64,000 nt of DNA, from contig CAVUVW010000011.1 of assembly GCA_963745035.1 (NCBI GenBank), positions 160,001 through 224,000 on the forward strand, written 5' to 3'. The translations under genes and the position numbers were made by a program. This DNA is from an uncultured delta proteobacterium. Its GTDB lineage: Bacteria > Desulfobacterota > Binatia > UBA9968. Every line of letters starts with the position of its first letter. Positions within the stretch are counted from its first letter, which is position 1. This document shows positions 42,490-56,497 of the stretch, one piece after another. The notes below the pieces were generated by a model, which saw only the letters and a list, made by a program, of their open reading frames with translations, was not told the origin of the DNA and ran no database searches.

Positions 42490-45400
42490 ATGGCAAAGCC
42501 GCGCCCGCCGGCTGTGAAAAAAGCCCGGGCCAAATCGCCGCAGATTATTGAGTCGCTAAAGCGCGAGCTTGCCGAGGCGCGGGAGCAGCAGGCGGCCACG
42601 AGCGAGATCCTGCGCGTGATCGCCAGCTCGCCGACGGATCTTCAGCCGGTGCTGGATACGGTGGCTGAAAATGCCGCGCGGCTCTGCGCAGCCGATGATG
42701 CGCAGATCCACAGGTCGATGGGGATGTTTTGCGCCTCGCGGCATCCTACGGATCACGCCAAACCGCGGAAGACTCGGCCCATCACACGAGAAATCGTGGC
42801 TGGCCGCGCGGTGATCGACCGGGAGACGGTCCATATTCACGACATTCGTGCAGCGGAAGATCAAGGGTTCAGACGTGGCGCTGCCTTTGGCATCGGTGAA
42901 AGTCGTACTCTCCTTGCGGTGCCGCTGCTTCGTGAGGGTATTGCTCTCGGCACTATTCTCATTCGCCGGTTCCAAGTGCGCCCGTTCTTGGACAGCCAGA
43001 TTGCGCTTCTCAAAACGTTTGCCGACCAGGCGGTGATCGCCATCGAGAACGCGCGGCTGTTCCAGGAGCGTGAATCGCGCAACCGTGATCTTGCCGCCCT
43101 GCACGATGTGACCGCTGCCGCCAGCCGGTCATTTAGAGATCACAGCCTGTACTGGATGAGGTCGTCAAGAAAATTACCGAGATTTTCAATTTCGATTCCG
43201 TGCGATGTGTTTCCTTTACGATCGCAAGACCGAAACCTTAAATCTGCGAGCGTTGTTTGGCATACCGCAAGTGCAAACCAGTCCAAGCGCATTTCGCCGC
43301 GGCCGAGGACTAACCGGCCGGGTTGCTGAAACCGGTGAGTACATGATCTTCGAGGACGTAAGGGCCGATCTGCGTTATCAGGAGCTGTCCCAGTCAAATT
43401 CTATGCGCCAACTCGGTGCCTGCTTCTTCGCGCTCTTTCCGATCAAAGCCAAAGAACGGTTTCTGGGAACCATCAATTGCATCGGCAAGGCGCCAAGAAA
43501 ATTGACGCTCGAAGAAATCCGCCTGATCCAGTCCATGTGCGATCAAATTGGTGTTGCGGTCGATAACATCAATCTCTTTGAGGAAGTAAAAACCAAGACG
43601 ACTGAGTTGGAGTGCTCCAACGCCGAACTCAGGGAAGCACTGGAGCACCAGACCGCAACTTCCGAAGTGCTCGGCATCATCAGCCGCTCGCCGACTGACG
43701 TGCAGCCTGTCCTCGATGCCATCGTCGAAAGCGCGGCACGGGTTTGTGGGATTGACGATGTGGTACTACGGCTCCACGAGAGCGACGCTATGGTTTTACG
43801 GGCTCATTTTGGTCCCATACCCATACCGAGTAGCCGCGTCGAGATGAGTATCGATGAGCCACGGTTTCGCTGGATGCGCGAGCATGGGACCCTGCATATT
43901 CCCGACCGCCGGGAGCAGAACTATTATCCCGACATCGGGTTCCGTTAGCTGACTGGCGCACCTGGTTAGGTGTTCCTCTTCGCCAGCAAGGGCAACTCGT
44001 TGGGGGACTGGTCGCGCGTCGCATCGAGGTACGCCCCTTCACACCGGCGCAGATCAAGCTGCTTGAAACTTTCGCTGATCAGGCAGCAATCGCCATCGAG
44101 AACGTGCGGTTGTTCCAAGAACTAAAAGAATCGTTGGAACAGCAAACTGCGACGAGTGAAATCTTAGGTGTCATCGCAAGCTCGCCGACGAATATCCAGC
44201 CGGTGCTGGACACCATTGCAGAAAATGCTGCTCAGCTTTGTGGCGCGGACGATGCTGTTATCCGGCGGGTCGAAGGTGGTGCCTTGCGCGTTGCTGCCCA
44301 TTTTGGCTCGATTCCGATGGCGCGGCAGTTGGGCCGTCTTGATCCCATTGAACGTGGCGGCTTCGCTGGGCGAGCGATACAAGAGGGTCGGACACTCCAT
44401 GTTCACGACCTCGCCGCCGCCGAGGACCAGTTTCCTGGCGCAAGGGAGAGAGGGATAGCTTTGGGGGTTCGCACAGCGTTGGCTGTGCCGCTGCTGCGGG
44501 AAGGCGAGCCGATCGGGCTAATCCATATCCGCCGGCTGAAAGTCCAACCCTTCACGGAGAGGCAGATCAAACTCGTTGAAACTTTTGCCGACCAGGCCGT
44601 AATCGCCATCGAGAACGTGCGTTTATTTCAGGAGCTCCAATTACGAAATCGCGAACTGACCGAGGCTCTCGAGCAGCGGACAGCAACAGGAGAGATCCTT
44701 TCCGTTATCAGTAGCTCGCCGACCGATGTGCAGCCGGTCTTCAGCACCATAGCCGAGAGCTCAATGCGACTGTGCGGGGCTCTCTTCAGTTCTGTTTACC
44801 AGTTCGATGGCGAGTTGATTCACATGGTTGCCGAACGCAACTATCCTTCCACGGCTCGTGAGCTCTCCGAGCGCCTTTTTCCATCAAAGCCAAATCGCGA
44901 GCTATTCACAGGCAGAGCCATCCTGGAGCGGGCGGTGATAAATGTCCCCGACGTCCAGAGCGATCTCGAATGGCACAGCGATGCTGACAGATCTCGTGTT
45001 TCTCACACCGCCGGTTTTCGCAGCGTTCTTTCGGTGCCGATGCTTCGCGGCGAGAGCGCAGTCGGTGCAATCACCGTCTGGCACGCGGAGGTGGGCCCGT
45101 TCACCGACAAGCATGTAACCCTTCTTAAAACCTTCGCCGACCAAGCCGTGATCGCCATCGAGAACGTGCGGTTGTTCCAAGAACTCAAGGAGGCGTTGGA
45201 ACAGCAGACAGCGACGAGTGAGATCTTGGGGGTCATCGCCAGTTCGCCGACTGATGTTCAGCCCGTGCTGGATGTCGTGGCGGAAAATGCTGCTAGGCTA
45301 TGTGAGGCAACGGATGCAGAGATTTTTCGCGTCGATGGAGACCTCCTCAGCCCCGTTGCGGTGTATGGACCAATGCCAGCTCCCCCAATACCGCTACCCC

Positions 45401-48400
45401 TGACTCGCAGAACACCTTCGGGGCGAGCGGTTATCGACCGGCAAACGATTCGCGTGGATGACCTTGCGGCAGAGCTTGCAACAGAGTTTTCGGATACCAG
45501 AGCCAGAGCCGAGGTTACGGGTACGCGTACCATCGTTGCCACGCCGCTATTACGTGAAGGCGTAGCTATCGGCTCGCTTGTCATTCGCCGGCCGGAGGTT
45601 AGACCTTTCACTGACAAACAAATTACGCTTCTTAAAACCTTCGCCGACCAGGCGGTGATCGCGATTGAGAATGTTCGCCTGTTCAAGGAAATCCAAGAGC
45701 GCAACGCAGAATTGCGCGAGGCGCTGGAGCATCAGACCGCAACGGCCGAGGTGCTCGGCATCATCAGCCGCTCGCCGACTGACGTGCAGCCGGTGCTCGA
45801 CGCCATCGTCGAGAGCGCCGCTCGGGTTTGCGGGATTGATGACGTGGTGCTGCGACTTCGGGACGGAGATAGGATGGTTATCCGTGCTCATTTTGGTCCA
45901 ATCCCCGTTGGGCTGGTCGAGATAAGCTTTGATCGGTCAGAGTTCCGCTGGATACGCGAGCACGGTACTCTCCACCTTCCCGACGTCCGCGCCTCGCAGA
46001 ACGATTTTCCTATGCTCGGTGCGGTCGGCGGATTTCGCACCTTCTTGATGGCTCCCCTCCATCAGCACGGAGAGACCACTGGATCGCTGACCGCACGTCG
46101 CACCGAGGTGTGCCCCTTCACGCCGGCGCAGATCAAGCTCCTCGAAACTTTCGCCGACCAGGCGGTCATCGCACTTGAGAATGTCCGGCTGTTCAAGGAA
46201 CTGACCGAGGCGTTGGAGCAGCAAACCGCGACGAGCGAGATCTTGGGCGTCATCGCCAGTTCGCCGACCGACATCCAGCCAGTGTTGGATGTGGTTGCAG
46301 AGAATGCCGCGCGGCTATGCGAGGCAAGGATGCCCAATTCCCTCGTTGAAGGCGATACTCTCCAGTCGCGTCGCCCACTTTGGGACTGATTGCCCGACGT
46401 CGGAATCAGATGTCCCATCAGCCACGAGGAACAGTCAGCGGCCGAGCGATTCTTGACCGAGCAGACAATTCATATTCACTGATCTTGCGGCAGAGATGGA
46501 GGACGAGTTTCCGGAAGGACGCAGATCCACGAAACAGCTCGGCATCGGACATCTCTTGTTACACCGATGCTCCGGGAAGGGAAGCCTATCGGAACAATCT
46601 CAATCCGCCGAATGGAGGTTCGTCCTTTCTCCGAGAAGCAGATCAGCTGCTCGAAACCTTCGCCGACCAGGCGGTGATCGCCATCGAGAACGTGCGGCTG
46701 TTCCAAGAGCTCAAGGAAGTCGTTGGAGCAGCAGACGGCGACGAGCGAAATCTTGGGCGTCATCGCCAGCTCGCCGACGGATATTCAGCCAGTGCTGGAT
46801 ACCGTCGCGGAAAATGCCGCCCGGCTGTGCGACGCAAGCGATGCTCAGATTACTCGTGTCGAGGGTGACATACTGCGACTAGTGGCTACCTATGGATCAC
46901 TGCCCAGCCCTCGGCGCTGACGAGCCTGCCATCAGTCGTGGCACGTCTAGCGGCCGAGCAATACTTGACCGACAGACCATCCATGTTCACGATCTCGCTG
47001 CAGAGCTCGAAACCGAGTTCCCCGACGGCAGGTCGCTCAGCAGCTCTGGGGATTCGGACCATGCTTGCCACGCCGCTGCTCCGCGAAGGGCGTTCCGATC
47101 GGTGTAATCACGATTCGGCGCACGGAAGTTCGTCCGTTCACCGACAAACAAATCAAACTGCTCGAAACCTTTGCCGACCAAGCCGTGATCGCGATCGAGA
47201 ACGTGCGGCTGTTCAAGGAAATCCAGGAGCGCAACGCAGAATTGCGCGAGGCCCTGGAGCATCAGACGGCGACCGCCGAGGTGCTCGGCATCATCAGCCG
47301 CTCGCCCACGGACGTGCAGCCGGTGCTCGACGCCATCGTCGAGAGCGCCGCGCGGGTTTGCGGGATTGATGACGTGGTGTTGCGACTCCGCGAGGGGAAC
47401 GCTATGGTTCCGCGGGCTCATTTTGGTCCCATACCCATTGGCCGCGTCGAGATCAGTATTGATGAGCCACAGTTTCGCTGGATGCGCGAGCACGGCACGC
47501 TCCACATTCCCGATGTTCGCGCGCAGAACGATTTTCCGACGGTCGGGTACCAGCGGCTGCGCGCACCTTCTTAGCCGCTCCCCTTCGTCAGCAGGGGGAA
47601 CTCATTGGAGACTGATCGCGCGTCGCACCGAAGTGCGCCCCTTCACCCCGGCGCAGATCAAGCTTCTTGAAACCTTCGCCGACCAGGCCGTGATCGCCAT
47701 CGAGAACGTCCGCTTGTTCAAAGAATTGGATGAGCGAACCAACGAATTGACACGCTCGGTAGGCGAGCTCAAAGCCCTCGGCGAAGTCAGCCAGGTAGTC
47801 AGCTCCACTCTCGACCTCGAAGCCGTGCTGACGAGAATCGTCTCCCATGCGGTCCAGTTGAGCGGCACCGACGGCGGAGCGATTTACGAATACGACGAGC
47901 CCTCCGAAGAGTTTCACCTGCGCGCCACCGATCACATGGAAGAGGAACTCATCACTGCGCTCCGCGCCAATCCGCCCCGGCTGGGAGACGGAGTCATTGG
48001 AAGAGCGGCGGTCAGCCGGGAACCGGTCGAGGTCCCCAATATCCTCGAAGAGCGCGCCTACGCCCCGCGCATGCGCCAGTTGCTCGAACGTTTTGGCTTT
48101 CGTGCCAGCCTGGCCGTTCCCTTGCTGCGCGAAGACCGCATCATCGGCGGCTTGGTGGTACGGCGAAAATCCACCGGCGAGTTTCGCCCCGAAGTGATCG
48201 AGCTTTTGAAAACCTTCGCCACCCAGTCCGTATTGGCGATCCAAAACGCCCGGCTGTTTCGCGAGATCGAGGACAAGAGCCGCCAGATCGAAGCCGCCAA
48301 CCGCCACAAGTCGGAGTTCCTCGCCAACATGTCCCATGAGCTTCGAACCCCGCTCAACGCCATCATCGGCTTCTCCGAAGTCTTAGGGGAGCGACTATTC

Positions 48401-48991
48401 GGCGAGCTGAACGAGAAACAAGCCGAGTACACCGACGACATTCTCACCTCCGGCCGCCATCTCTTGTCTCTTATCAACGAGATTCTCGATCTCTCCAAGG
48501 TCGAAGCCGGGCGCATGGAACTGGAGCTGGCCACCTTTGACCTACCCCTGGCCATAGACAATGCGCGCACCTTCGTGCGCGAGCGCGCCACCAAGCACGG
48601 CATCGCGCTCGATGTCGCGGTGGACGACCGGCTTGGGGATTTCCTCGGTGACGAGCGCAAGATCAAGCAGATACTGCTCAATCTGCTATCCAACGCGGTC
48701 AAGTTCACGCCCGAGGGGGGACGGATCGGAATAGACGCCAGGCAGACGGACGGCTCGGTGGAAATCTCAGTCAGTGACACCGGCGTTGGGATTGCCGCGG
48801 AGGACCAGCCGAAGGTGTTCGAGGAGTTTCGCCAGGTGGGGTCCGACTATGCGCACAAGGTGGAGGGGACCGGACTGGGATTAACCTTGGCCAAGAAGTT
48901 TGTCGAGCTGCATGGGGGAAAGATCTGGGTGGACAGTGAAGTGGGGAAAGGCAGTACTTTTACGTTCACGCTGCCGATTCATTCCGGGTGA
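42490..48991 (+). CDS. Giant multi-GAF sensor histidine kinase 1 (~11 GAF + HisKA + HATPase), many frameshifts
   Basis: Repeated [15 protein letters not shown]...[10 protein letters not shown] modules; [39 protein letters not shown]; no TM seen. Confidence 0.88.
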
Positions 48992-49032
48992 AGGGTAAGG
49001 AGTAAGTCGCGCTGAAGAAGAATTAGGATATC

Positions 49033-49120
49033 TCACCGCCGAGGCGCGGAGGGCGCGGAGAAAAGAGGTTTCTCGTTAAAAAATATTTCGAACTCTGTGA
49101 ACTCCGTGTCTCTGTGGTGA
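49033..49120 (+). repeat. 9-nt periodic imperfect inverted repeat (strand-biased hairpin)
   Basis: tcaccgccgaggcgcggagggcgcggag ... ctctgtgaactccgtgtctctgtggtga; 20 WC + 5 G-T pairs of 28. Confidence 0.8.
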
Positions 49121-49160
49121 ATCATCTGCCACGGCAAACACGACAGAGTCTTTAGCTCTT

Positions 49161-52100
49161 ATGGCCAAGACAACCAAAAAAGCGGCGAAGAAAACCAATC
49201 CAAAGCCGCGCGCGGCGTCCTCGGCGGATTCGGTCTCGAAACTGAAGAAGACGATCGCCGCGCAGGGGCGGGAAATGCGCGAGGCCGCGGAGCAGCAGGC
49301 GGCGACTAGCGATATCTTGCGCATGATCGCCAGCTCGCCGTCCGATCTGCAGTCAGTCTTGGATACGATCGCCGAAAGCGCCGCTCGACTGTGCAGCGCG
49401 GATGACGCACTTGTGTGGCGAGTGAGTGGCAACGTTTTAGTGCTCGCTGCGCACTTCGGTCCGATACCCACGGTGGTGACTGAGGGTAGCGGGCATGTCA
49501 TCGATCGTGACACTCCTGCTGGGAGAGCGGTGGTCGACCGGCAAACTATCCATGTGCACGATCTCGTGAAAGCCGCCATTGATTTTCCCCGCGCTACGAC
49601 CCGCGGCATAGCCGTGGGAGTTCGGACTGCCCTTGCGGCACCCTTATTACATGAAGGAAACGTTATTGGCGTCATTCATATTCGCCGCACGGAGGTTCGG
49701 CCTTTTGCAGATCGTCACATCAAACTGCTCGAAACCTTCGCCGACCAGGCCGTTATCGCGATTGAGAATGCTCGGCTGATTGATGAGCAGCAGTCTCGCA
49801 ACCGTGAACTGACCGAAGCTCTGGAGCAGCAGACCGCGACAAGTGAAGTCCTGCGAGTCATCGCTTCCTCACCGACCGAGCTGCAACCGGTCCTCGACAC
49901 GCTGATCGCGAACGCCGTTCGGCTCTCCGGGGCAACCAGGGGGCATGTCCGGCAATACGGGGATGAGTTCTATCGTGTCGTGGCCCACTATGGCGAGACA
50001 CCGGAAATGATCGCCACACTCCGTGCCAACCCCCTGCCGGCCAGTCCGGAACTCCCTGCGGCTCGGGCGCTTCTCGGTGGCAAACCGGTCCATATACTCG
50101 ATGTTCAAGCGGAGACCGGAGTGCATCTCAATCTCGTGCGGCAAATGGGTACGCGAACATTGCTCGCCGTACCGCTGCTGCGCGAAGGAGCGAATATCGG
50201 TAGCCTCACGATCTGGCGCGATGTTTGTCGAACCGTTTACCGAACGGCAGATCGAGCTGGTCAAAACCTTTGCCGACCAGGCCGTGATCGCCATCGAGAA
50301 CGTGCGGCTGTTCCAAGAACTCAAGGAGTCGTTGGAACAGCAAACCGCGACGAGTGAGATCTTGGGCGTCATCGCCAGCTCGCCGACCGATCTACAGCCG
50401 GTGTTGGACACGATCACAGAGTGTGCCGCACGCGTGTGCGGCGCCGAAGATGCCGCCATGCGACTCGTTGATGGAAATGTGCTGCGCTTGGCCGCACACT
50501 ATGGACCGGTACCAGATGTCGCGCTGGAACGACCGATCGATCGCCACAATCCCGGTGGCCGGGCCGTAGTAGACCGAGAGATAATCCACGTCGAGAATAT
50601 GCACGATCAGGTAGCGAAAGAGTTCCCCGGGATTGTTGATACACATAGTCGCACCGCGGTTGGAACCGTGCTGGCCGTGCCCCTGATGCGAGAAGGTAAC
50701 GCTATCGGCGCGATCCACATTCGTCGCAAACAAGTCCAACCGTTTACCAATAAGGAGATTGCTCTTCTCAAAACCTTCGCTGATCAAGCCGTGATCGCGA
50801 TCGAGAACGTGCGCTTATTTAAGGAACTCGGCGAGCGCAACGCGGAATTGCGCGAAGCGCTGGAGCATCAAACCGCAACGGCCGAGGTGCTCGGCATCAT
50901 CAGCCGCTCGCCGACGGACGTGCAGCCGGTGCTCGACGCCATCGTCGAGAGCGCGGCGCGGGTTTGTGGGATCGATGACGTGGTGCTGCGACTCCGCGAG
51001 GGGAACAATATGGTTCCGCGGGCTCATTTTGGTCCCGTACCCATCGGCCGCGTCGAGATCAGTATTGATGAGCCACAGTATCGCTGGATGCGCGAGCATG
51101 GCACGCTCCACATTCCCGACGTCCGCGCGCAGAACGATTTCCCAATGTAGGTTCCGCAGCGGCTGCCCGCACCTTTTTGTTCGTTCCCCTTCGTCAGCAG
51201 GGGGAACTCATTGGAACACTCAACGCACGTCGCACCGAGGTGCGCCCCTTCACCCCGGCGCAGATCAAACTGCTCGAAACCTTCGCCGATCAGGCGGTGA
51301 TCGCCATCGAGAACGTGCGGCTGTTCCAAGAACTCAAGGAGTCATTGGAGCAGCAGACGGCGACGAGTGAAATCTTGGGTGTCATCGCCAGCTCGCCGAC
51401 GGATATCCAGCCGGTGTTGGAGTCAGTTGCCGAGAATGCGGCGCGACTGTGCGAGGCGACCGATGCGCATGATCTTCGCTGCGTCGAGGGTGACGAACTT
51501 CGTCTGTGGCGCTCATTCGGTTCAATCCCGATGCCGCCGAGCAGAGTTCGTACCCATCGATCGCAGTCGATATCCGCGGCCGCGCCATGATGGACCGGCA
51601 AACCATTCATATCGATGACCTGCAGCGGAGCGCTGAGACGAATTTCCTGACGTCCGAGGCTTCGCCAGCGAGCTGGATTCGGACTGTCTGTCGCACGCCG
51701 CTACTGCGCGAGGGCGATCGCAATCGGCGTTATCATGATTCGCCGCATGGAAGTGCGTCCCTTCACCGCAAGCAGATCAAACTTCTCGAAACCTTCGCCG
51801 ATCAGGCGGTGATCGCCATCGAAAACGTGCGGCTGTTCAAGGAATTGCAAGAGCTCAACGGAACTGCCGAGGCGTTGGAGCAGCAGACGGCGACGAGCGA
51901 AATCTTGCGGTGTCATCGCCAGCTCGCCGACAGATATCCAGCCGGTGTTGGACACCGTCGCCAAGAATGCCGCCCGGCTCTGCGAGGCGACGATGCCCAG
52001 ATTCGACTCGTTCGAGATCGACAGTGATTCGACTAGTGCGCATCCTATCGGCTACTCTCCAAGCGCCAGAATTTGTCCCCGATCGCCCGACTAAATCCCG

Positions 52101-55100
52101 GCGGCCGAGCGATTCTTAAGCGACAGACCTTCCATATTCATGACCTTCAGGAACGATCAAGGACGAATTCCCCGACAGGCACGCTTTAAGACGACGGGCT
52201 CCGGACGTTTCTTAGCGCGCCGATGATCAGAGAGGGAACGCCAATTGGCGTGATCAAATCCGACGCATGGAAGTGCGTCCTTTCTCGGACAACACAAATC
52301 ACACTGCTCGAAACATTCGCCGAGCAGGCCGTGATCGCCATCGAGAACGTGCGGTTGTTCAAGGAGATCCAGGAGCGCAACGCGGAATTGCGCGAAGCCC
52401 TGGAGCATCAGACGGCGACGGCCGAGGTGCTCGGCATCATCAGCCGCTCGCCGACCGACGTGCAGCCGGTCCTCGACGCCATCGTCGAGAGCGCGGCAAG
52501 GGTTTGTGGAATCGATGACGTGGTGCTGCGACTCAACGAAAATAATGTTCATGGTTCCGCGAGCTCATTTTGGTCCCATACCCATTGGCCAGGTCGAGAT
52601 CAGTATTGATGCCCCACAGATTCGCTGGATGCGCGAGCATGGCACGCTCCACATTCCCGACGTCCAAGCGCGGAACGATTTTCCGACGTTAGGGATCCCA
52701 GCGGCTGGCGTACTTTCTTGTCCGCTCCCCTTCGTCAGCAAGGCGAACTTATTGGACTATTGAACGCCCGTCGTATGGAGGTGCGTCCCTTCACCCCGGC
52801 GCAAATCAAGCTCCTCGAAACTTTCGCCGACCAGGCCGTCATCGCACATTGAGAATGTCCGGCTGTTCAAGGAACTGACCGAGGCGTTGGAGCAGCAAAC
52901 CGCGACGAGCGAAATCTTAGGTGTCATCGCCAGTTCGCCGACCGATATCCAGCCAGTGCTCGACGTTGTCGCTGAGAACGCTGCCCGGCTATGTGATGCA
53001 ACCGACGCGGTCATTCATCGCATTGATGGCGACGAGCTCCGACCAGTGGCGAATTACGGGCCATTGCCGGGACGGCCGGGTGAGGGTTCAGGTATTCCGC
53101 TAATGGATCGTCGATCTATACCCGGCCGAACCATAATTGACCGGCAGACACTTCACATTCATGATTTGGCAGCAGAACCAGAAGACGACCTCCCGCAGCG
53201 TTTCGCAGAAGTTCGGCGTTCGGACCGTGCTCGCTACGCCGTTGCTGCGCGAGGGAATTCCCATCGGGACGATTCATATCCGCCGCATGGAGGTCCGCCC
53301 GTTCACCGAGAAGCAAATCAAACTGCTTGAAACCTTTGCAGCACAAGCCGTCATCGCCATCGAGAACGTTCGGCTGTTCCAGGAACTCAAGGAATCGTTG
53401 GAACAGCAAACTGCAACCAGCGAGATCCTCGGCGTCATCGCCAGTTCGCCGACGGATATTCAGCCGGTGCTGGACGTTGTCGCTGAGAATGCTGCGCGAT
53501 TGTGCGACGCCGTGGACGCTCAGATGTGGCTCGTCGAAGCAGACAGAGTTCGATTTGCCGCCCAGTATGGATCGATCCCGAGTCCGAGGGTCCATGAGGG
53601 CAGGCCGATCGTTCGGGGTTTGGCGGGAGGGAGAGCTATCCTCGATCGAGAAGTCGTACATATTCCGGATACTTTCGATCCGGTCGTTGAAAGGGAATTT
53701 CCCGTAACCTGGGCACTGAGCCATGAGGTCCATATCAATACCTTGCTTGCCGCCCCGTTGCTCCGCGAAGGGATTGCCATAGGCTACATTATGATTCGTC
53801 GGCTCGAATCGCGGCCATTCTCGGAGAAGCAAATCGCGCTCCTCAAGACTTTCGCTGACCAGGCCGTGATTGCCATCGAGAACGTGCGACTGTTTAAGGA
53901 ACTGCAGGCGAGAACGCAGGAGTTGGCGCGCTCGGTCGGTGAACTGAAGGCTCTAGGTGAGGTCGGTCAAACGGTCAGCTCGACTCTCGACCTTGAAATT
54001 GTGCTGACGAGAATCGTTTCCCATGCGGTTCAGTTGAGCGGCACCGACGGTGGGGCGATTTACGAATACGACGAATCCTCGGAAGAGTTTCTGTTGCGCG
54101 CCACCCATCAGATGGACGAAGAACTCATCAACGCACTTCGCGCAAATCCGCCGCACTTGGGAGACGGGTTAGTGGGCCGGGCGGCGTCAAGCGTGAACCC
54201 ATACAAATCCCCAATATCCTCGAAGAGCGCACTTACGCGCCGCGCATGCGGCAGTTGCTCGAGCGGTTCGGCTTCCGTGCCAGCCTGGCCGTACCGTTGC
54301 TACGGGAAGACCGCATCATCGGCGGCTTGGTGGTACGGCGAAAAGCGACCGGCGAGTTTCGCCCCGAAGTCATCGAGCTTTTGAAAACCTTCGCCACCCA
54401 GTCCGTCTTAGCGATCCAAAACGCCCGGCTGTTCCGCGAGATCGAGGACAAGAGCCGGCAGATCGAGGCCGCCAACCGGCACAAGTCGGAATTCCTCGCC
54501 AACATGTCCCATGAGCTGCGCACGCCGTTAAACGCGATCATCGGCTTCTCCGAAGTCTTAGGGGAGCGACTGTTCGGCGAGCTGAACGAGAAACAAGCCG
54601 AGTACACCGAGGACATTCTCACCTCCGGGCGCCATCTCTTATCTCTTATCAACGAGATACTCGATCTCTCCAAGGTCGAGGCCGGCCGCATGGAACTGGA
54701 AGCTGGCCGCCTTCGACCTTCCCCTGGCCATCGACAATGCGCGCACCTTTGTGCGCGAGAGGGCCACCAAGCACGGCATCACGCTCGATGTAAGCGTTGA
54801 CGACCGTCTTGGCGACTACGTTGGTGACGAGCGCAAGATCAAGCAGATACTTCTCAATCTGCTATCCAACGCCGTCAAGTTCACGCCGGAGGGGGGACGG
54901 ATCGGCATTAACGCCCAGCAGGCCAACGGCGCGGTGGAAATCTCGGTCAGCGACACCGGCATCGGGATCGCGCCGGAGGACCAGCCAAAGATCTTCGAGG
55001 AATTTCGTCAGGTGGGGGCCGACTACGCGCACAAGAGCGAGGGGACGGGACTGGGGTTAACCTTGGCCAAGAAGTTTGTCGAGCTGCACGGGGGAAGGAT

Positions 55101-55167
55101 CTGGGTGGAGAGCGAAATCGGCAAGGGCAGCAAGTTCACATTCACGCTTCCGATCCCTTCCCAGTAA
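49161..55167 (+). CDS. Giant multi-GAF sensor histidine kinase 2 (~10 GAF), many frameshifts
   Basis: Same modular structure; H-box near 54510; HATPase ends [10 protein letters not shown]. Confidence 0.88.
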
Positions 55168-55209
55168 GGAGTCAGTGGTCAGGAGTAAGGGGCGAAGCAG
55201 AGAGAGGGA

Positions 55210-55370
55210 AAATTTCGAATAGCGAAATCCGAAATCCGAAACAAATTCAAATGATCCAAAAACTACAAATTCAAAACGAGCCAGACCGGATTCGAGGTTT
55301 TGGATTTTCCGATTTTGATTTATTTGGCTTTCGAGTTTGTTTCGGATTTCGATATTCGGATTTCGGATTT
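55210..55370. repeat. Heptamer (GAAATCC)-built inverted-repeat element, copy 1
   Basis: cgaaatccgaaatccgaaacaa ... ttgtttcggatttcgatattcggatttcggattt. Confidence 0.85.
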
Positions 55371-55449
55371 AGTCGGGTGTGGTGAGTTGGCGGGAACATA
55401 CTCCGGAATCAGCAGAGTGTTTTCTCGGAAAATGGAGTGAGGTGGACAT

Positions 55450-56267
55450 ATGCCGATCATCACAATCTATCAGGGCGCGTCCGGCGAAGGTCAGGAATTG
55501 GCGGAATCTCTCGCTACGGCTCTTGGTTATCGATGTGTAGGGCGTGACGTGCTCGTTGAGGCGAGTCGGCGCTATGGCATACCCGAGGCAAAACTCAACG
55601 AGATCATCGACAAAGGCCCTCACTGGTGGGAGCGTCTGCTGCAAGATTTGCGACCCTACCGGCTTGTTCTTCAAGCTGCGCTCTGCGAACTGGCTCAGGA
55701 GGGAAAACTGGTGTACCACGGCCACTTGGGTCACGAGCTTTTGCCTGATATTGGGCACGCGCTGAGAGTACTCTTGACCGCGCCAGTCGAATTTCGCATC
55801 CAACAAATTCGCGCGCGGCAAAATCTGAGTGATGCCGCAGCGCGCCGTTATCTAGAAGAGGTGGACAAGGCGCGCAGCCGCCGGCTCATGGCGATGTTCG
55901 GCGCGGATTGGCGTGATCCGACTCGTTTGACCTTATACTCAATATGAGCACGATGAGCCGAGAGGGGGCGACGCGTGTGATTTTAGAGGCAGCGAAGCTC
56001 GAAGGATATCAGCCGACTCCCGCTTCCGATCAGGCTTTGAAGGATCTCGCGCTTGGTTCTCGGGTCTATGCCGCGTTATTCGGATCGCCCGATTTACGAG
56101 TATCATCCCTCGAGGTTCGTGCCGATAGTGGCCATATCCACGTCAAGGGTAGAGTCAATCAGGGCTCGGAACATCAGCTTGTAAATATAGTGAAAAATGT
56201 ACCCGGTGTGATCAGAGTCACATCCGATGTTTATTCCGCTCCGCCGGAAGGATTTTTAGAACCCTGA
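55450..56267 (+). CDS. Cytidylate-kinase-like protein with C-terminal BON domain (frameshift near 55935)
   Basis: MPIITIYQGASGEGQELAESLA, VYHGHLGH, LRVLLTAP, DKARSRR; then LEVRADSGHIHVKG...VPGVIRV; RBS gaggtgg. Confidence 0.8.
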
Positions 56268-56320
56268 GCGAATTCAGATCCGAAGCACTGGCGGGAGAAG
56301 ATCCAGATCGGAAAAGATTA

Positions 56321-56490
56321 CTCGCGCAAAGACGCAAAGGCGCCAAGATAACCCAATTGTCCTTTCGACCGAAGGGAGAAATCTTTCTTAGATCCCTCAC
56401 ACTCGCTCGGATAACGGGGCTCGGCCGTCACTTGCCGACTTGGCGAAGAAAAGTCGAGAATCCGAGAAGAGTATTCTGGCGCAAAGACGC
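56321..56490. repeat. Composite element: CGCAAAG-periodic arms with a nested REP-like palindrome
   Basis: ctcgcgcaaagacgcaaaggcgccaag (56321) encloses gtcctttcgaccgaagggagaaatct...agatccctcacactcgctcggataac, then cttgccgacttggcg and another gcgcaaagacgc. Confidence 0.65.
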
Positions 56491-56497
56491 GAATCAA

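Noticed and set aside
55450-56267. Housekeeping cytidylate kinase cmk
   Set aside because: Degenerate P-loop (no GKST) and BON fusion indicate the kinase-like family instead.
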